A stretch of 64,000 nucleotides of DNA, taken from positions 48,658-112,657 of the forward strand of contig CAVPGY010000007.1 in the NCBI GenBank assembly GCA_963704115.1, read 5' to 3'. The DNA comes from an uncultured Chloroflexia bacterium. Its GTDB lineage: Bacteria; Chloroflexota; Limnocylindria; QHBO01. A program made the translations under genes and the position numbers. Of this stretch, positions 10,109 to 21,057 are shown piece by piece. Each line of letters starts with the position of its first letter. Position 1 is the stretch's first letter. The notes under the pieces were generated by a model. It did no database searches, was not told the DNA's origin, and saw only the letters and a program-made list of their open reading frames with translations.

Positions 10109-10342
10109 GTGGACGATCGTGATCCCCTCGCCGACGAGCCGTTCTCCTACCTCGGCCGGACCGACGGCTCGATCGTGATCCACTACCGGGCCGCACCGGT
10201 GACCGTCCTCCGCGGCAAGGCGGCCGGTCGGTTCCGAACGCGCGTCGAAGGCGCGGATTCGGGCGCCGCGCAGCAGCTCATGGCGCGCGCGACCGGCAAC
10301 TTCAAGCGCGGAAACGAACGGCGCGGCGGAGGCCCGACCTAA
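10109..10342 (+). CDS. Small conserved hypothetical protein
   Basis: EPFSY...AQQLMARATGNFKRGNER resembles a small protein family I recall from actinobacteria; GTG start. Confidence 0.6.
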   Translation: MDDRDPLADEPFSYLGRTDGSIVIHYRAAPVTVLRGKAAGRFRTRVEGADSGAAQQLMARATGNFKRGNERRGGGPT

Positions 10343-10343
10343 G

Positions 10344-12377
10344 TCAGGCCACGCGCTTCGACTTCTTCGAGACGTAGTCGACCAGCACGTACTCGCCGAG
10401 GTGCTCAGGCTCGACGTAGAAGGCGCGGCCGCGGTTCACCCGTGACATCAGGTCGACGAACTCCGAGAGGTAGCGCGACCGCTCGAGCATGAACGTGTTG
10501 ATGACGATCCCCTCACGGGTGCATCGGCCCACTTCGCGAAGCGTGGACTGGACGGTCCGCAGCGTCGGCGGGTACGCGAACTCGACCTGGCCGCCCTCGA
10601 TGTGGGCGGTCGGCTCGCCATCGGTGATGACGACGATCTCCTTGTTGCCGCCGGTGGACCGGCCGAGCAGCTGGCGCGCGATGATCAGCGCGTGCTGGAG
10701 ATTCGTGCCGTACTCGAACTCGTAGGGCGACAGCGTCGGGATCGACTCCGGCTTCAGCTGCCGGGCGTAGTACGCGAAGCCGACGACGTACAGCTTGTCC
10801 CGCGGGTACTTGGTGTGGATGAGCGTGTGGAGGGCCATCGCCACCTTCTTGGCGGCCGATGAGCAGCCGCGCAGCAGCATCGATCGGCTCATGTCGAGCA
10901 GTAGGACGGTGGAGGCGGTCGTGGTCTCCTCGGTGCGGCTCACCTCGAAGTCCCGGGCGCCGATGCGGACCGGCGTCCCCGCTCCGCCGCGTGCCATGGC
11001 ATTGAACAGCGTCCTGTTGATGTCGATGGCGAACGCGTCCCCGAATTCGTAGCGTTTCGTCTCGTCGGTCGGCTCGCCGCCGCGACCCGGCGCCGGAAGC
11101 GCGTGGCCGCCGAAACCCTCGCGCCGCAGCCGGCTGAAGATGTCGGTCAGCGCCCGCATCCCGAGCTTGCGTGCCGCGCGAGGGGTGAGATCCATGCGCC
11201 CGGACTCGCGGTCCAGGTACCCGGCCTCCTCGAGGCTGCGCGTCAGCTCGCGGAGCTGGTCGAGATCCTCGACCGCCTCGTCGCCCGCGAGGTCGCGGAG
11301 CGCATCTGGATCGACGGCCGCGAGTGCATCGGGATCTCGCGCGGCGCCGATGGCCTCCTCCATGGCGTCGTACTGCTGCTGGCGATCGATGGCCGCCAGC
11401 GCGTCGGCCAGGCCCATCGGCTCGTCGCCCTCGAAGGCATACGGCTCGCCGAACGGGAGGTCGGGACGCGCGGCCTGGAGGTTGCCGGCCAGGCGGGCCA
11501 TGTCGATCTTCAGCCGGTCGTCCCGCAGCAGGTCGTCCATGAGGTCGCGCAGCTCGCTGCGCATCTCGGGCGACAGGCTGTTCATGAGGCTGGCCATCTG
11601 CGACGCCTGGCGATGGAGGTGCTCGATCAGCTCATCGGTGGAGGTGATCCCGGGCGGGAAGTAGTGCCCGTGCTGCCCCATGAAGCGCGCGAAGTCCCCC
11701 GTCGTGTCGATGCCGGTGGCGTGCTTCTCGAGCAGGGCGTTGAGGTCGCGCACCATGCCGCGGATGCCGGCGAGGTCCTCGGGCGTCACCTTCTGGACAC
11801 CTTCCTTGAGGCCCTGGAAGTAGGTCTGGAGCATCTGCTGCCGCAGCTCGTCGGTGAGCTCGGTGAAGGCGTCCCGGGCATCGTCGTCCAGGAACTCGTA
11901 CTCGCGCAGGCCATTGAGCCGCCCCGCGAGCGTCTCGGGCAGCGCGTCGAGGCGATCGCTGCGCTGCCGGGTCGTGCGCCGCATGACCTGCTCCGCCATG
12001 CGGGCGTGGTCCTGGTCGTCGCCGGGGGCCGCGTCGAGCGCCCGCTGCTCGGTCTCGTGCATCCGCCGCTCGATCCCGGCACGCTCCTGATCGAGGATCC
12101 TCGCCAGCCGGTCGTTGATCTCGTCGAGCACGCCGTCCAGGTGCGCGCGCTCGAGCTCCTCCTGCCGCCGGGCGCGGAGCCGCTCCGTGATCCGGCGCAG
12201 CCCGGGGATGTCACCACCGCGCGTGCCGCGCAGGCCGCGCTGCATCAACCGCTGGAGGGCGCGGCGCACATCGCCCTCGGCAAGGATGTCGTCCGACAGG
12301 GCATCGAGCACGTCGTCCGCGTCGAAGGCCGGCAGCTGCTGGCTGCCGTCCCATCGGGTGTAGCGGAAGGTGCTCAT
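10344..12377 (-). CDS. VWA domain-containing protein (Rv0959-like)
   Basis: N-term FRYTRWDGSQ; MIDAS motifs LLDMSRSM, GTNLQHAL, ITDGEPT; ATG at 12377. Confidence 0.85.
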   Translation of the reverse strand: MSTFRYTRWDGSQQLPAFDADDVLDALSDDILAEGDVRRALQRLMQRGLRGTRGGDIPGLRRITERLRARRQEELERAHLDGVLDEINDRLARILDQERAGIERRMHETEQRALDAAPGDDQDHARMAEQVMRRTTRQRSDRLDALPETLAGRLNGLREYEFLDDDARDAFTELTDELRQQMLQTYFQGLKEGVQKVTPEDLAGIRGMVRDLNALLEKHATGIDTTGDFARFMGQHGHYFPPGITSTDELIEHLHRQASQMASLMNSLSPEMRSELRDLMDDLLRDDRLKIDMARLAGNLQAARPDLPFGEPYAFEGDEPMGLADALAAIDRQQQYDAMEEAIGAARDPDALAAVDPDALRDLAGDEAVEDLDQLRELTRSLEEAGYLDRESGRMDLTPRAARKLGMRALTDIFSRLRREGFGGHALPAPGRGGEPTDETKRYEFGDAFAIDINRTLFNAMARGGAGTPVRIGARDFEVSRTEETTTASTVLLLDMSRSMLLRGCSSAAKKVAMALHTLIHTKYPRDKLYVVGFAYYARQLKPESIPTLSPYEFEYGTNLQHALIIARQLLGRSTGGNKEIVVITDGEPTAHIEGGQVEFAYPPTLRTVQSTLREVGRCTREGIVINTFMLERSRYLSEFVDLMSRVNRGRAFYVEPEHLGEYVLVDYVSKKSKRVA

Positions 12378-12397
12378 GGCTGGCACCAGCCTAGGCC

Positions 12398-12433
12398 GAT
12401 GGCGTGGCCGCGTCCATCGACGCGGCTGCCATC
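12398..12433. terminator. GC-rich hairpin between MerR gene end and VWA gene start
   Basis: gatggc-gt-gccgcgtc / gacgcggc-t-gccatc inverted repeat; no clear U-tract. Confidence 0.35.
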
Positions 12434-12484
12434 GATGCGTTGCCGGATTCCAGGGCGTCCAGCGGTCCCTGGCGATGCTGGGCG

Positions 12485-13291
12485 CTAGGCGGTCTCGAGA
12501 TCGCTCAGCACGAGCTCTCGGTCCTCGTCGTCCGCGATCTGGGCCGCCAGCTCCCGAGCCCGCACCAGCGCGGCATCGGCCGTGGCGTGGTCGCCGCCAA
12601 CGCGCGCGGCACGCGCGATCGCCTCGTGGGCGAACGCGATATCGAAGTCGCCGATGCCATGCTCCTCGCAGAGGGTGCGGCAGCGCTGCGCATGCCACAT
12701 GGCGGGCTCCGCGCGGCCGAGCACGGCGTACACCCGCGAGCACTGCCACTCGCCACGGGCAAGGGTCACCGCATCGCCCACCTCGCCCCAGTGGTAGCGC
12801 GAGGCGTGGGCGGCGTGGAGCATCTCGTCGTCGTCCCGCGGCGTGCGATCGGTCCGCTCGAGCAGGGTCCAGACGTGGTTGAAGAGGTCGACGGCGAGCG
12901 TCCGCCGCAGTCCATCGTCGATCGGTGTCGAAGGGGTGGTGGTGGTCATGATCGGCTCCTCGTGGTCGATGGCTCGATTCAGCCAGTGGATCTGGCGCTG
13001 CGTGCGTGCGAGCAGAGCCTGCAGACGCGAGCGGTGGTCGGCCAGCAGCGCGGAGCGATCCGCGTGCCCGGCGCGCAGGATGGCCCGGATCTCGGCCAAT
13101 CCCAGGTCGAGCTCCCGCAGGCGAGCGATGAGCCGGGCGTCCTCGAGCTGATCCGCCGCGTACTGCCGGTACGACGTCTCGGGGTCGACATGCGCCGGAA
13201 CCAGGAGCCCGAGCTCGTGGTAGTGACGCAGCGCTCCGATGCTCAATCCGGAGCGTCGACCGAACCGCCCGATCGGCAGCAGCTCATCCAT
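12485..13291 (-). CDS. MerR-family regulator with uncharacterised C-terminal domain
   Basis: LLPIGRFGRRSGLSIGALRHYHELGLLVPAHVDPETSYRQY HTH; C-term helical domain with HAAHASRYHW and EWQCSRVY. Confidence 0.85.
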   Translation of the reverse strand: MDELLPIGRFGRRSGLSIGALRHYHELGLLVPAHVDPETSYRQYAADQLEDARLIARLRELDLGLAEIRAILRAGHADRSALLADHRSRLQALLARTQRQIHWLNRAIDHEEPIMTTTTPSTPIDDGLRRTLAVDLFNHVWTLLERTDRTPRDDDEMLHAAHASRYHWGEVGDAVTLARGEWQCSRVYAVLGRAEPAMWHAQRCRTLCEEHGIGDFDIAFAHEAIARAARVGGDHATADAALVRARELAAQIADDEDRELVLSDLETA

Positions 13292-13297
13292 GGCGCG

Positions 13298-13328
13298 AGC
13301 ATGAAGCCTCGACCAGGTCGAGAGTCAA
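13298..13328 (-). promoter_or_regulatory. MerR-type promoter/operator of the MerR gene
   Basis: Minus strand reads TTGACT, 19-bp spacer containing the palindrome CTCGACC-T-GGTCGAG, then CATGCT; ATG 7 nt downstream. Confidence 0.75.
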
Positions 13329-13888
13329 GCCCCTTGCTCCGGCAGGTCGGGAAAGGCCGTGGGCTCGGTGGGTCGCCCGGACCGCTCGCCGATCGGCATG
13401 CCGTACCACGCGACGTCGTGCCAGGCACCGAACTTGAAACCGACCCCCTCGTAGACGCCGATCAATCGCATCCCGATGCGCTCGTGCAGCGCGACGCTGG
13501 CCGGGTTCGGGAGGGCGACGCCCGCATACAGGTTCACGAAGCCCTGGCGTCGGAGGATCGGCAGGAGCGCGTCGTAGAGACGACGTCCGATGCCCTGCCC
13601 CCGGAACGCGGGGGCGATGTAGGCCGACACGTCGACCGACCATCGATACCCGGGACGTTCGCGGTGCCGCGCCGCGTAGGCATAGCCGACGACGGGTCCA
13701 CCGGCCGCCTCCTCGGCGACGAGCCAGGGGCTCCACCGCAGGGTGGTGCGGATGCGCTCGGCCATCTCGTCGGGGCCGGGCGGGACCTCCTCGAACGTCG
13801 CGACCGAGGCCTCGACGGCGGGGCGGTAGATCTCGGCGACCGCACCCGCATCAGTTTCGGGGTCGGCGACCCGGATGCTCAGGCGCAT
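13325..13888 (-). CDS. GNAT N-acetyltransferase (phosphinothricin acetyltransferase/ArsN1-like)
   Basis: VATFEEVPP, GYAYAARHRERPGYRWSVDVSAYI, PNPASVALHERIG, GFKFGAWHDV. Confidence 0.88.
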   Translation of the reverse strand: MRLSIRVADPETDAGAVAEIYRPAVEASVATFEEVPPGPDEMAERIRTTLRWSPWLVAEEAAGGPVVGYAYAARHRERPGYRWSVDVSAYIAPAFRGQGIGRRLYDALLPILRRQGFVNLYAGVALPNPASVALHERIGMRLIGVYEGVGFKFGAWHDVAWYGMPIGERSGRPTEPTAFPDLPEQGA

Positions 13889-13939
13889 GCCGCCATAGTG
13901 CCGCACGACGGACGACCCGTGGCGGGCGCCGGCGGGACG

Positions 13940-15307
<1,368 letters not shown>

Positions 15308-15496
15308 GGGAAGGAAGCTCCTGAGAGGGCCCTCCCGCACGCGGCGATCGCTGCGGGGCCCGGTCAGGGCGATGAGATAGGCGAGGTCGGGCGGGGTTGA
15401 AGCCGTGGCGCTGACCGGAGCGCCAAATCGAACACGTGTGCGAAGCGTATCACAGCGATGCGGTGTACGCTGGAGACCCACCCAGAAAGGCGGCAC

Positions 15497-15841
15497 ATGT
15501 CAGACCGATGCATCCACGGATTCGAGCCGCAGTCCTGCGCCTCCTGCCGCCGATGTGCCCATGGACTCCTCGAATCACGCTGCGGCATCTGCGTCCCTCG
15601 CACGTCGCGTGAGGCCACCGTGATGCTCGCCAACGACGCCGCACGGCCCTCCGAGGAGCATCGGGGATACGAGATCCTCTATGTCGCAGGCCAGCGAAGC
15701 TGGCACTTCCGGGCCGATCCCGACAGCCCGCTCTCACAGCACTCCTACCGATCCGCCTTCCAGGCGCGACGCGCCGTCGATCAGCTGCTCGACGCCCCTG
15801 AACCGGCCGTGACCGGCAAGAAGGGCAAGCGGAAGGCCTAG
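15497..15841 (+). CDS. Small Cys/His-rich hypothetical protein
   Basis: AGAAAGG RBS; tandem C-x-H-G-x5-C-x2-C motifs; basic tail. Confidence 0.7.
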   Translation: MSDRCIHGFEPQSCASCRRCAHGLLESRCGICVPRTSREATVMLANDAARPSEEHRGYEILYVAGQRSWHFRADPDSPLSQHSYRSAFQARRAVDQLLDAPEPAVTGKKGKRKA

Positions 15842-15907
15842 CTCCTTCGCGATCGTGACCGCACCGATGGCGCCGACCGACGCCGCCGCCGCCACACGGA
15901 TGCCGCG

Positions 15908-16570
15908 ATGAGCCGATCCCTGGCCCTCGCCGTTCCGGTGCTGCTCGCCATGCCGGTGGCAGGCGGGCTCGCGCTCACGTCGTCTGGTCATCCCCCGCTC
16001 ATCGGGCCGTTGCTCGCCGGCGCCGTTGGCTGGCTCGTCGCACTGGTGCTCCGCAGCCCCGTCGGCCTGGCCGGACTGAGACTCAGCGGCTCCACCGAGC
16101 GCACGCAGCGCTGGGTGGTCGCCTCATCCGGTCCCCTCGAGGAGTCCGTGCGACTGGCCGTGCTGCTCCTCGTCGGACGCGACCTCTCGACGGCGCTGTG
16201 GATCGGCTTCGGGTGGGCGTCCATCGAGGTCCTGTATGCCATCGCCAACGGGTTCGCGCTTGCGACGCTGGCGCATCGGACCGATCCCGAGGCGGAGCAG
16301 GCCCGCGCGATGCTGCCGCCGGGCGTCCTGAGCTCCAGCGCGCCGCTGTGGGGCATCGTGGAGCGCGCCTGGGCCTCGGGGCTCCACGTCGGCTTCACGC
16401 TCATGCTCGCCGCCGTTCCGCTGCTCGTGATCGTCACGGCCCCGCTCCACACCGGCGTGAACGTCGGTGCGATGTGGCTCATGCAGCGATGGCCGATGGT
16501 GCGCGTCCAGGCGCTCGGGCTCGTGGTCGGCGCGACGACGCTGCTCGTCGGCTTCCTGCTGCGCGCCTGA
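15908..16570 (+). CDS. YhfC-like intramembrane glutamic/metalloprotease (CPBP superfamily)
   Basis: Multi-TM; LEESVR, GFGWASIEV, ERAWASGLH, LHTGVN motifs. Confidence 0.7.
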   Translation: MSRSLALAVPVLLAMPVAGGLALTSSGHPPLIGPLLAGAVGWLVALVLRSPVGLAGLRLSGSTERTQRWVVASSGPLEESVRLAVLLLVGRDLSTALWIGFGWASIEVLYAIANGFALATLAHRTDPEAEQARAMLPPGVLSSSAPLWGIVERAWASGLHVGFTLMLAAVPLLVIVTAPLHTGVNVGAMWLMQRWPMVRVQALGLVVGATTLLVGFLLRA

Positions 16571-16630
16571 TCCGTTGCCCGCCGTGCGTCCCGGTAGCGA
16601 TACTGTGCGCGGCATGGAGGTGAATTCGGC

Positions 16631-19600
16631 GTGATCTGTGCGGCCTGTGGCACCGAGAACGAGAGCGGCCGCAAGTTCTGTGGCGAGTGCGGCGAGCGGC
16701 TTGCGTCCGGCTGCCCGAGCTGCGGCGCGCCGAACTCCCCCAAGACCAAGTTCTGCGGTGAGTGCGGAACCGCACTGCTCGATGCCACGGCGGCGGCCGC
16801 CCAGCCGATCGCCGCACCCGCCACGGAGCGCCGGCTCGTAACCGTCCTGTTCGCGGATCTCGTGGGCTTCACCACGCTCTCCGAGCAGCGCGATGCCGAG
16901 GACGTGCGCGAGCTGCTCGCGCAGTACTTCGACGCGGGCCGTGACGTCATCGAGCGCTATGGCGGGACCGTGGAGAAGTTCATCGGTGACGCGGTGATGG
17001 CCGTATGGGGCACCCCGGTCGCCCAGGAGGACGACGCCGAACGCGGGGTCCGCGCCGCCCTGGACCTGGTCGCTGCCGTGCGCCAGCTTGGCGCCGATCG
17101 CGGGATGCCGGCCCTCGCCCTGCGCGCGGGCGTCCATACCGGCGAGGCGGTGGTGACCATCGGTGCCAGCGGCATGGGGATGGTCGCCGGCGACCTGGTG
17201 AACACCGCGTCCCGCCTTCAGTCGGTCGCGGAGCCGGGAACGGTGCTCGTCGGCGAAGGGACGCAGCGCGCCGCGACGACCGCGATCGTGTTCGAGCCGG
17301 CGGGCGACCAGGACCTCAAGGGCAAGGCGGCGCCGGTGGCGGCGTTCCGTGCGATCCGGGTCGTGGCGCAGCGCGGCGGCGTGGGACGGACGGAGGGCCT
17401 GGAGCCACCGTTCGTCGGCCGGGAGTCCGAGCTGCGGCTGATCAAGGACTTCTATCACGCCACCGCCAGCGAACGAGGGCCGCGACTGGTGAGCGTCATC
17501 GGCCAGGCGGGCATCGGCAAGAGCCGGCTGGCGTGGGAGTTCCTCAAGTACATCGACGGCGTGACCGAGATCGTCCACTGGCACCAGGGACGCTCCCCCG
17601 CATACGGCGAGGGAATCAGCTTCTGGGCGCTGGGCGAGATGGTGCGGATGCGCATCGGCATTGGCGAGAGCAGCGACGAGCAGACCACGCGGCAGCAGCT
17701 GACCGAGAGCCTCACGCAATTCGTCACCGACGCGGACGAGCGGCGGGCGCTGACGGACCCACTGCTCTATCTGCTGGGTGTCGGAGAGTCGTCGGCGCAC
17801 GAACGTGGGCGGCTCTTCGCCGCGTGGCGAACGTTCTTCGAGCGCATCGCGGAGCAGGGACCGGTGGTCATGGTCTTCGAGGACCTCCAGTGGGCCGACG
17901 ACGGTCTGCTCGACTTCATCGAAGAGCTGATCACCTGGTCGCGCGGCCACTCGATCTACGTCATCACGCTGGCGCGAGCCGAGCTCCTCGACCGGCGGCC
18001 GAGCTGGGGCGCCGGTCAGCGGAGCTTCACCTCGCTCAACCTCGCCCCGCTGTCCGACGACGACATGCGCGCCATGCTCGGCGGCCTCGTGCCCGGCCTG
18101 CCGGAGGCCGTCACCAACCGGATCGTCGGGCGCGCGGAGGGGATCCCGCTCTACGCGGTCGAAACGGTTCGCATGCTGCTCAACGACGCTCAGATCGAGC
18201 GCGACGGCGACCGGTTCCGCCCGGTCGGCGACCTCAGCCAGCTTGCGGTTCCCGAGTCACTGCTGGCGCTGATCGCGGCGCGAATCGATGCGCTGCCACC
18301 CGCCGAGCGCACCGTGGTCCAGGATGCGGCCGTCCTCGGGCTGTCCTTCGCGCTTTCCGCGGTCGAAGCCGTCTCCCGAGCGCCGGCCGAACAGGTCGAG
18401 CCGATGCTCCGCCACCTTCTGCAGCGCGAGCTGCTCACCGTCGACAACGACCCCCGGTCCCCGGAGCGCGGGCAGTACCGGTTCGTCCAGGGCCTGCTGC
18501 GCGAGGTGGCGTACGGAACGCTGTCCCGCGATGATCGGCGCTCACGACACCTGGCCGCTGCCCGCTACTACGAGGCGCTCGGCGACGATGAGCTGTCCGG
18601 CGTCCTGGCGCAACACTACGTGGATGCCTACCAGGCGCACCCCGACGGTCCCGAGGGAGCCGCGGTGGCGGCCCAGGCCCGCGTTGCGCTGCGGGGCGCG
18701 GCCCAGCGTGCGGCCGAGCTCGGGTCGGGTCGGCTGGCGGTCGGGTACTACACGACGGCCCTGGCGGTCACCACCGATGTCAACGAGGAGCTGGAGCTCC
18801 GCACCGGCGCCCGCGACGCAGCCGGTGCCGCCGGCATGATCGAGGTCGCCGCGGAGCACGCAAGTCGCGTGGTCGAACTCGCCGGTCTGCTGGAGCTCCA
18901 TGAGATCCGGGTGCGCGGCATTGCGACCCTGGCGGACATTCTCCTCGAAGGGCATCAGCAGCGGGCGCACGAGCTGCTGGATGCTGCGCTCGCCGATCCG
19001 TCCCTCACGCCCGATGCCCCCGGATACATCGAGCTTGCGGCGATCATGGCCAAGGCCGAGATGCGGATGATGAACGATTCGCGCAGCGTCGAGATCGCCG
19101 ATCAGGCACTCCCCCTGGCCGCACGCGCTCGTGCGTCGGAGACCGTCCTCGAGCTCCTCACCACGAGGGCCGTGGCGCTCGCGAACCTCGGACGCGGCAC
19201 CGAGGCGACGGCGATCCTCACCGGCGTCCTCGAGCTCGCGCGCCGACGCGGGATGCCCCGGGTGGCGGGCCGCGCGGCCATCAATCTCTCCTACGCGCTC
19301 GCTCCCGATGACCCGGCCGCGGCGTTCGAGGTCGCGAAGACGGCGCTCGAGGAGGCGAAGCAGTACGGCGAGATCGTCGGCGTCCGGTACCTGATGGGCA
19401 ACGCCGGCGGGGCCGCCCTCGAGATCGGTGAATGGGACTGGGCGCTGGAGCAGATCGAGGAGCTGGAGGGGCTCATCGTGGAGCCCGGGGAGGCTCTCTG
19501 GCTGGGACACCTCCGTGGCACCATCGCCGCCTACCGGGGCGTGGACATGGAGCCGCTGGCCCGACAGTTCCAGGAACAGTCGAGGGTGGTGGACGATCTG

Positions 19601-20152
19601 CAATACCAGGCGACCGGGGCCGAGCTCCTGCTGATCCAGCTGCTCGTGGACGGCCGTCACGAGGAGCTGATGGCCCTGGCCGACGAGGTGCTCCAGCTCG
19701 GCTTGCCCGGGGTGACTGCCGCCGCCTACGGCGCCCAGGCTGCCGCGCTGACCGGAAGCTTGCCGGACGTCCGGCGGTACCGCGAGGCGTTCGAAATCGT
19801 GCCATCGGGCCGGCTGACGGACTGCACCAAGCTGACCATGGATGCCAGCATCGCCGCCCTCGAAGGCCGAACCGAGGAGGCACGCGCCCTCTTCGCACAA
19901 GCGCGTGCACGCGCACGTGAGATCCGTGCGTTGAAGGAGCTGGCGATGACCGATTTCATCATCGCGCTCATGCCGGGACTCGATCGGAAGGATCAGGTTC
20001 CCGCCGCCGCCGAGGCACGCGAGATCTTCGAGCGGCTCGGCGCCAGCCCGATGATCCAGCGCATCGATGCGGCGCTGGCGGCGCATCCTTCCGACCGGCG
20101 GACCGCCGAGCCTCGAACCGACGCCGTGCACGAGGTCGCCGGCGAGGGCTGA
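16631..20152 (+). CDS. Double zinc ribbon + class III adenylate/guanylate cyclase + AAA ATPase + TPR-like protein
   Basis: [60 protein letters not shown]. Confidence 0.92.
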   Translation: MICAACGTENESGRKFCGECGERLASGCPSCGAPNSPKTKFCGECGTALLDATAAAAQPIAAPATERRLVTVLFADLVGFTTLSEQRDAEDVRELLAQYFDAGRDVIERYGGTVEKFIGDAVMAVWGTPVAQEDDAERGVRAALDLVAAVRQLGADRGMPALALRAGVHTGEAVVTIGASGMGMVAGDLVNTASRLQSVAEPGTVLVGEGTQRAATTAIVFEPAGDQDLKGKAAPVAAFRAIRVVAQRGGVGRTEGLEPPFVGRESELRLIKDFYHATASERGPRLVSVIGQAGIGKSRLAWEFLKYIDGVTEIVHWHQGRSPAYGEGISFWALGEMVRMRIGIGESSDEQTTRQQLTESLTQFVTDADERRALTDPLLYLLGVGESSAHERGRLFAAWRTFFERIAEQGPVVMVFEDLQWADDGLLDFIEELITWSRGHSIYVITLARAELLDRRPSWGAGQRSFTSLNLAPLSDDDMRAMLGGLVPGLPEAVTNRIVGRAEGIPLYAVETVRMLLNDAQIERDGDRFRPVGDLSQLAVPESLLALIAARIDALPPAERTVVQDAAVLGLSFALSAVEAVSRAPAEQVEPMLRHLLQRELLTVDNDPRSPERGQYRFVQGLLREVAYGTLSRDDRRSRHLAAARYYEALGDDELSGVLAQHYVDAYQAHPDGPEGAAVAAQARVALRGAAQRAAELGSGRLAVGYYTTALAVTTDVNEELELRTGARDAAGAAGMIEVAAEHASRVVELAGLLELHEIRVRGIATLADILLEGHQQRAHELLDAALADPSLTPDAPGYIELAAIMAKAEMRMMNDSRSVEIADQALPLAARARASETVLELLTTRAVALANLGRGTEATAILTGVLELARRRGMPRVAGRAAINLSYALAPDDPAAAFEVAKTALEEAKQYGEIVGVRYLMGNAGGAALEIGEWDWALEQIEELEGLIVEPGEALWLGHLRGTIAAYRGVDMEPLARQFQEQSRVVDDLQYQATGAELLLIQLLVDGRHEELMALADEVLQLGLPGVTAAAYGAQAAALTGSLPDVRRYREAFEIVPSGRLTDCTKLTMDASIAALEGRTEEARALFAQARARAREIRALKELAMTDFIIALMPGLDRKDQVPAAAEAREIFERLGASPMIQRIDAALAAHPSDRRTAEPRTDAVHEVAGEG

Positions 20153-20163
20153 GCCGCAGCCGC

Positions 20164-21048
20164 TCAGTGGATCCGGGAGCCGCCGCCGCCTTCCTCTTCC
20201 CCGGGGCCCCCGCCGCTCCCACCGCCCTCGCGCAGGAAGCGCTCGATATCGGCGATGAGCTCGTCGCCCTCGGGGAGGCGTGACTCGTCGGAGAGGGCCT
20301 CCAGCCGCTCCACGTAGGCCTTGGTCTGCTCGTCGGAAGCCGTCGCGGCGTCGAGCATGCTTCGGCGCTCGAGCGCCCGCGTCGCGAGCTGGCCGACCGG
20401 CAGTTCCACCCCCAGGTGGCGGCCGAGCGCCGTGAGCAGGGCAATCGAGGCCGTCGGATACGAGGCGCTCACGTAATGCGGCACCTGCGCGAAGAGGCCG
20501 ATCGCCGGAATCCCGCTGGCAGCCGCCGTCAGCTCGAACACCGAGAGGGCGGCCGAGGGAACCCGCAGCAACCCGTCGGGCCCCTGGCGGATGCCCGACG
20601 GCAGCAGCCCGTCGGCGGAGGCGGTGGCCAGGATGGGCACCGGCCGCGTGTGCGGCACCGCTGCCGGAATGGCACCAAGGCTCGCCCAGCTCGCCACTCC
20701 CAGCCGCTTCGCGAGGTCGACCACGTCCGTCGCGAGCTCACGCCATCGGTAGTCGGGCTCCGGCCCGGTCAGGACGAGCAACTCGCGCCCATCGACCGTC
20801 GTCGCGGTGAGGGTGAGGCTCGGCCACTCGAGGGTCAGCGGGCGGCCGTCGACGATGTCCAGGGTCGGGCGGCGAGCGCGGTAGTCGTAGATCGCATCGG
20901 CGTCAAAGGTGGCGACCACGGTGCCGCCGTCGGCCAGCTGGCCCGCCGCGGTCGTGCCGGCACCGCCGGCGTCCACCCACCCCTCGAGAGCCGCCACCAG
21001 GATGGGTGCCGTGAACGCCGGTTCCTCGGTGAGCCGGTAGAGCGCCAT
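20164..21048 (-). CDS. PAC2 family (proteasome assembly chaperone-like) protein
   Basis: EGWVDAG, YDYRARRP, GPEPDYRW, LGAIPAAVPHTRP, AQVPHYV. Confidence 0.85.
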   Translation of the reverse strand: MALYRLTEEPAFTAPILVAALEGWVDAGGAGTTAAGQLADGGTVVATFDADAIYDYRARRPTLDIVDGRPLTLEWPSLTLTATTVDGRELLVLTGPEPDYRWRELATDVVDLAKRLGVASWASLGAIPAAVPHTRPVPILATASADGLLPSGIRQGPDGLLRVPSAALSVFELTAAASGIPAIGLFAQVPHYVSASYPTASIALLTALGRHLGVELPVGQLATRALERRSMLDAATASDEQTKAYVERLEALSDESRLPEGDELIADIERFLREGGGSGGGPGEEEGGGGSRIH

Positions 21049-21057
21049 CGGTCCAGT

